DNA of 64,000 bases from Alphaproteobacteria bacterium (lineage in GTDB: Bacteria; Pseudomonadota; Alphaproteobacteria; GCA-2731375), in NCBI GenBank assembly GCA_040223615.1, contig JAVKFY010000027.1, forward strand, positions 1,220 to 65,219, in the 5' to 3' direction. Of this stretch, positions 59,689-64,000 are shown piece by piece; the stretch's first letter is position 1, and each line of letters opens with the position of its first letter. Both the position numbers and the translations under genes were made by a program. The notes under the pieces were generated by a model. It searched no databases and was not told the DNA's origin. It worked only from the letters and a program-made list of their open reading frames with translations.

Positions 59689-60206
59689 TGGGACTATCGC
59701 CGCCGTTCCAGAAAATCGTCGCCGTGCTGCTGCTGGCGCTCCTGGTGTTGCTGGTCGACGCGGCTCTGGAGCCGCTGCGGCTGAGCCAGGCGCAGGGCGC
59801 GCGCGAGCTGGCGCAGGCACGGGCAACACTGGCCCGTTATCGCGCCGTCGCCGACGACGAGACCGCCCCGGCCGCCACCACCGATGCGCTGCTGGTGGGC
59901 GCCAGCACCAGCCAGGCCGCCGCGGCGCTGCAGGCGCAGATCAAGGAAGCGGCGATCGCGGCGGGTGCCCGGCTGGACAGCGTCGAGGCGCTAACCGCGA
60001 CGGAAGACGGCCGGCTGGTGCTGCGCGCGCGGCTGACCGCCGACACGCGCAGCCTGCAAGCGATGTTGCACCGGCTGGAGGCGGCGCGGCCGGTGCTGCT
60101 GATCGACGAGCTCTACGTGCGGGCGCGAACCGGCCGCGCGGAAGGCGCCGGGCTGCACCTGGACGTGCGTTTCGACGTCATCGGCTTCCCGGAGCCGGCG
60201 GCATGA
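59685..60206 (+). CDS. gspM: GspM-like component
   Basis: N-terminal TM (IVAVLLLALLVLLV) plus periplasmic ~140 aa. ATGATG start overlaps the gspL stop. Confidence 0.6.
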   Translation: MMGLSPPFQKIVAVLLLALLVLLVDAALEPLRLSQAQGARELAQARATLARYRAVADDETAPAATTDALLVGASTSQAAAALQAQIKEAAIAAGARLDSVEALTATEDGRLVLRARLTADTRSLQAMLHRLEAARPVLLIDELYVRARTGRAEGAGLHLDVRFDVIGFPEPAA

Positions 60207-60667
60207 GCCGGAGCGGTCGCCGCCGGGTCACGATCACGCTGTTGATCGGCATCGCGCTGCTGCTGCTGGTCGGGGCGGCGGTGCTGCTGCGCCCGGCGCC
60301 GCCCTTGCCGGCAAGCGGCGGCGGCCAGGCCGGGCCGCTGCCCGAGGTGGCGCCGATGCCGCCTCTGGCGAGCTTCGACGAGACCACCGCGCGGCCGCTA
60401 TTCCTGGCGACGCGCAGCCAGACCCCCGCCGAGGCCGGGCCGGCGACCGGCAACAAGGACCTGATTCTCGGCCGTTATGCCTTCGTCGGCGCGGTCGCGG
60501 CGCCGGGTCGCTCGGTGCTGCTGCTGGCGCCAGCGGCCGGCGGGCCGACGCTGCGGGTGCGCGAGGGCGAGGCGCTGGATGGCTGGAAGGTACTGGAGAT
60601 CGGGGCCGACTACCTGCGCCTGGCGCGCGATGGCGAGGAAACCACGGTGCCGCTGGTGAAACCCTGA
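60203..60667 (+). CDS. gspC: Short GspC/GspN-like protein (TM + PilP-like HR domain, no PDZ)
   Basis: TM helix then …GRYAFVGAVAAPGRSVLLLAPAAGGPTLRVREGEALDGWKVLEIGADYLRLARDGEETTVPL, which resembles the secretin-binding HR domain. Confidence 0.5.
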   Translation: MSRSGRRRVTITLLIGIALLLLVGAAVLLRPAPPLPASGGGQAGPLPEVAPMPPLASFDETTARPLFLATRSQTPAEAGPATGNKDLILGRYAFVGAVAAPGRSVLLLAPAAGGPTLRVREGEALDGWKVLEIGADYLRLARDGEETTVPLVKP

Positions 60668-60705
60668 ATGGCCTTTGATAGCGCGATTCAATTCCTCGGC
60701 TTAAG

Positions 60706-62892
60706 ATGCTGACAGACAACAAGCTGGAGCATTTCCGGGCGATGCGATGTGGGCTGATGACAGCGCTGCTGGCCGGGCTGGTCGCCGTCCTGGTGCTGGC
60801 CGGATGCGGCCGCGAGCCGCCGCGTCGGCCGCTGTCGGGCGCTGCGCCAGCCGCGTCGCTGAATCCGCCGACCATGCCGGCCCCGGCCGTGCGCGCCGAC
60901 CCGGCCCGGATATCGTCCACCACCCAGGCGAACACACCGGCACCGCGCAACCCGAAGATCGCGGAGGTCTATCGCGGCACCGGTAATACCGTGAACCGTG
61001 CCGGCGGCAGCCGCGCGCCGCGCGAGCGCCAGGGCGACATCACGTTGAACTTCACCGACACCGAGATCCGCGAGGTCGCCGGGGTGATCCTGCGCGACCT
61101 GCTGGGCGTGAACTACGTGATCGACCCGACGGTGCGCGGCACGGTGACGTTGCAGACCGGCGCGCCGCTGGCGCGGGCCGACCTGATCCCGGTGCTGGAG
61201 GCCGTGCTGGCGGCGAACAACGCGGTGCTGCTGCAACAGGGCGGCGTCTATCGCGTGGCGCCGGCCGGCAGCACCGGCGGCTCGATCGGCTTCGGCGCCG
61301 GGGCTGGGGCCAGCGGCTACCAGCTCGCGGTGCTGCCGCTGAACTATCTCGGCGCCGGCGAGATGGCGACGATCATGGAGCCGCTTTTCTCGCAGGGCAC
61401 GGTACGCGCCGACCCGGACCGCGGCCTGATCATCGTTGCCGGTACCGGCAGCCAGGTGCAGCTCGCGCGCGACACCATCGCGGTGTTCGACGTCGACCAG
61501 CTCGCCGGCAGCTCGGTGCTGCTGGAAAGCCTGGAGGTTGCCGACGCGCGTACCGTGGCGGTCGAGCTCGACAACATCTTCGGCGACCTGACCAAGGGGC
61601 CGCTGGCCGGCGCGGTGCGGATCATCCCGGTGGAGCGGCTGAACGCGTTGATCGTGATCGCGCAGCAGCCGCGCTATCTCGACGAGGCGCGCAACTGGAT
61701 CGCCCGGCTGGACCGCGGCCAGCGCCCGAACGAGCGCAAGCTCTACGTCTACTACGCGCAGAACGGCAAGGCCGCCGACCTCGCCGCCTCGTTGCAGGGC
61801 ATCCTGCAGGAAGGCGGCGGCATCCTGGCCGACCAGCCGCTGCCGCCGCCGGACCGCAACGTGCCGACCGCCGAGGCGACGCCGCCCGGCAGCACCGCCG
61901 GCGCGACCGAGACCGCCGCCGCGCCGCCAGCCACCGCATCGGGCACCCGGGTGATGGCGGATGCCGCCAACAACGCCGTGCTGGTGCTGGCCACGGCGTC
62001 GGAATACGCCGCGATCGAGGAAGTGCTGCTGAAGCTCGACCTGCGGCCGCTGCAGGTGCTGATCGAGGCCTCGATCATCGAGGTCTCGCTGCAGGACCAG
62101 TTGCGCTTCGGGGTGCAGTTCTTCCTCGACTCCGGCGGTCTGGGCATCGCCGACGACGGCACGACTTTCCTGACCGCCGGCCTGAACTCGCTGCTCGCGC
62201 CAACGCTGCCGGGCTTCGCCTTCACCTTGACCAGCAGTGGCGATCCGCGCGCGGTGGTCGACGCCCTGAGCCAGGTGACCGAGGTCAACATGATCTCCTC
62301 GCCGCAGCTGCTGGTGCTGGACAACCAGTCGGCGCAGCTCCAGGTCGGCGACCAGGTGCCGATCATTACGCAGCAGTCCACCGGCAACCTGGTCGGCGAT
62401 ACCCGCACCGTGAACTCGGTGGAGTATCGCGACACCGGCGTGACCTTGAGCATCACGCCGAGGGTGAACGCCAGCGGGCTGGTGACGCTGGAGATCGCGC
62501 AGGAGGTCTCCGACGTCACCCGGACCACCAGTTCCGACATCAACTCGCCGACCTTCCAGCAGCGCAAGATCATCTCCACGGTGGCGGTCAGCAGCGGCCA
62601 GACGCTGGCCCTGGGCGGCCTGATCCGCGAGACCACCAGCGACGGCCGCTCCGGACTGCCGGTGCTGTCCGACCTGCCATATGTCGGCGCGCTGTTCGGC
62701 ACCACCACCAACGACGTGCGGCGCACGGAACTGCTGGTGATGCTGAAGCCGCGCGTGGTGCGCACGCCGGAAGAGGCGACCGACGTCACCGCCGACCTGC
62801 GCCGGCAGTTCCAGTCGGTCCTCGACCTGGAGGCCGGCGGCGTCCGCAAGCCGCGCCGCTACCGGACCAGCTTCCCGAAACTGTTCAACTGA
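60706..62892 (+). CDS. gspD: Secretin GspD
   Basis: Lipoprotein-like signal (LAGCG). N0 domain (ITLNFTDTEIREV…VNYVIDP…). C-terminal secretin domain (…GLPVLSDLPYVGALFG…). Confidence 0.9.
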   Translation: MLTDNKLEHFRAMRCGLMTALLAGLVAVLVLAGCGREPPRRPLSGAAPAASLNPPTMPAPAVRADPARISSTTQANTPAPRNPKIAEVYRGTGNTVNRAGGSRAPRERQGDITLNFTDTEIREVAGVILRDLLGVNYVIDPTVRGTVTLQTGAPLARADLIPVLEAVLAANNAVLLQQGGVYRVAPAGSTGGSIGFGAGAGASGYQLAVLPLNYLGAGEMATIMEPLFSQGTVRADPDRGLIIVAGTGSQVQLARDTIAVFDVDQLAGSSVLLESLEVADARTVAVELDNIFGDLTKGPLAGAVRIIPVERLNALIVIAQQPRYLDEARNWIARLDRGQRPNERKLYVYYAQNGKAADLAASLQGILQEGGGILADQPLPPPDRNVPTAEATPPGSTAGATETAAAPPATASGTRVMADAANNAVLVLATASEYAAIEEVLLKLDLRPLQVLIEASIIEVSLQDQLRFGVQFFLDSGGLGIADDGTTFLTAGLNSLLAPTLPGFAFTLTSSGDPRAVVDALSQVTEVNMISSPQLLVLDNQSAQLQVGDQVPIITQQSTGNLVGDTRTVNSVEYRDTGVTLSITPRVNASGLVTLEIAQEVSDVTRTTSSDINSPTFQQRKIISTVAVSSGQTLALGGLIRETTSDGRSGLPVLSDLPYVGALFGTTTNDVRRTELLVMLKPRVVRTPEEATDVTADLRRQFQSVLDLEAGGVRKPRRYRTSFPKLFN

Positions 62893-63313
62893 CGTCGGTC
62901 CACGGGTTCAGCAGCGACACGCCAGTCGCCACGAAATCGGAAATGTTGCGAGTCACCAGCGTCAGGTCGTGCACAGCGGCGGTGGCGGCCAGGAACCCGT
63001 CCAGGATCGAGATCGGACGGCCCGTCGCGTAGGACGCCGCGACGACTTCGCCCCAGGTGTCCGCGACGGCCGTATCGACCGCGAGCAGGCGCCCGGCGAA
63101 GCGTTGCATCACCTGGTGCGTCAACCAGTCCTCGATCATGCGCCGGCGGCGACTGTCCGGCAGCCGCGCCGTGCCGAAACGCAATTCCGCGAGCGTGACC
63201 GCGCTGACGAAGACCCGATCCTCATCGGCTTCACGAAGCCACTGCGAGACACCCGGGTCGGGTCGCGGCTTGATCTCCTCGGAGACAACGTTCGTATCGA
63301 GCAGGAAGCTCAC
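62885..63313 (-). CDS. vapC: PIN-domain toxin (VapC-like)
   Basis: VSFLLDTNVVSE… PIN motif. GTG start overlaps the antitoxin stop (GTGA). Confidence 0.75.
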   Translation of the reverse strand: MSFLLDTNVVSEEIKPRPDPGVSQWLREADEDRVFVSAVTLAELRFGTARLPDSRRRRMIEDWLTHQVMQRFAGRLLAVDTAVADTWGEVVAASYATGRPISILDGFLAATAAVHDLTLVTRNISDFVATGVSLLNPWTDVS

Positions 63314-63570
63314 AGATCGACGTCTCTGGGGTACTCCTTGACCCGCTCCAGGTCGATGCCGGAGCCGCGTAGCGGCGAGTTCCGGAAGAAGTCGGCCAGC
63401 GTATCGGTTGGCTTGGTGCGCCGGTCCCACTCCTCGGCCGAGACCACGACGACGGCGTCCTTGCCGTGGCGGGTGATGGTCTGCGGGCCGTGGTGGCGCG
63501 CTTCCTCGATGACCTGGCTGAACTTGGCCTTGGCCTCGGCGACGGACCAGTTGGTCTTGCGCTCGTTCAC
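63310..63570 (-). CDS. Phd/YefM-type antitoxin
   Basis: 86 aa. …TITRHGKDAVVVVSAEEWD… typical Phd/YefM core. Confidence 0.7.
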   Translation of the reverse strand: MNERKTNWSVAEAKAKFSQVIEEARHHGPQTITRHGKDAVVVVSAEEWDRRTKPTDTLADFFRNSPLRGSGIDLERVKEYPRDVDL

Positions 63571-63633
63571 CGGCGCCCTCCACGAATTATGGTAATATAG
63601 GTCAATATAGTCATTTTGACCTATATGACCATA

Positions 63634-64000
63634 TCAGTAGCGCACGATCTCGTAACCCTCCGGGGTACGGCGCAGGTCGGCGCCGGCGGCATTGAGCTGC
63701 TGACGGAAGGCGACGATCAGTTCGGCGGCATCGACCGGGCGCTGCGGCGCCAGGGTGATCGGCAGGTTCAGGCCCGGCGCCACGGTGTACGGCCGGGCCA
63801 GCAGGCCACCGAACACGGCCGCCGCCGCGTCCTGCACGCTGGCACCGCGCAGATCGATGGTGAAGCGGCCGGCCGGCAGGTCGTCGCCCAGTGCCAGAGC
63901 CGGCGCCGCCGCGACGGAAGGCGTCGGCGGCCGCAGGCGTATGCCGCCGCTCGCCGGTGGCGACGGTACCACCCCGCCGTTCGCGCCAATCACCGTCGTA
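63634..64000 (-). CDS. 3' end of a gene (N-terminus outside window) whose product ends in a secretin-N0/STN-like domain
   Basis: Pro-rich linker then …RFTIDLRGASVQDAAAAVFGGLLARPYTVAPGLNLPITL…GYEIVRY*, which parallels the GspD N0 segment ITLNFTDTEIREVAGVILRDLLGVNYVIDPTVRGTVTL. Confidence 0.4.
   Translation of the reverse strand, partial: TTVIGANGGVVPSPPASGGIRLRPPTPSVAAAPALALGDDLPAGRFTIDLRGASVQDAAAAVFGGLLARPYTVAPGLNLPITLAPQRPVDAAELIVAFRQQLNAAGADLRRTPEGYEIVRY

Overview
High-GC (~68-70%) alphaproteobacterial-type chromosome segment. Most of the window is core metabolism and housekeeping, with one clearly foreign island at the left end (nt ~1-10,820) and a complete type II secretion locus at the right end.

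The island carries a ParB/Srx-like nuclease gene and a four-gene, translationally coupled Qat-type antiphage operon: KAP P-loop NTPase, proline-rich QatB-like protein, QueC-like PP-loop ATPase, TatD-like DNase. Next to it sit a small basic protein and a DUF3800-like protein, both much lower in GC (~45-55%). The island ends with an 80-nt tRNA-like element that has a T-arm, acceptor stem and CCA but no canonical anticodon arm, and a tyrosine integrase flanked by an imperfect 38-bp direct repeat.

The core region contains:
- hydrolases, an EF-hand/Thr-rich repeat protein, GNATs, and a GatC-like small ORF coupled to an amidase;
- sfsA-map-radC, a PEP-CTERM protein with a LuxR regulator, purB, purCSQL, bolA-grxD, metA, rpsD, cimA-cysS, gltX, nadE;
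- two VapBC toxin-antitoxin pairs, tandem MDR oxidoreductases, and a 5-haem cytochrome c.

The secretion locus runs gspO-E-F-G-H-I-J-K-L-M-C/N-D.

A family of REP-like palindromic repeats (cgtcatgcc...ggcatccagg type) is scattered through intergenic regions. One ~750-bp gap is built almost entirely from them, and one copy sits exactly between gspG and gspH.

No CRISPR array, rRNA or canonical tRNA was found.

All calls come from reading the sequence and the six-frame ORF track; no searches were run.
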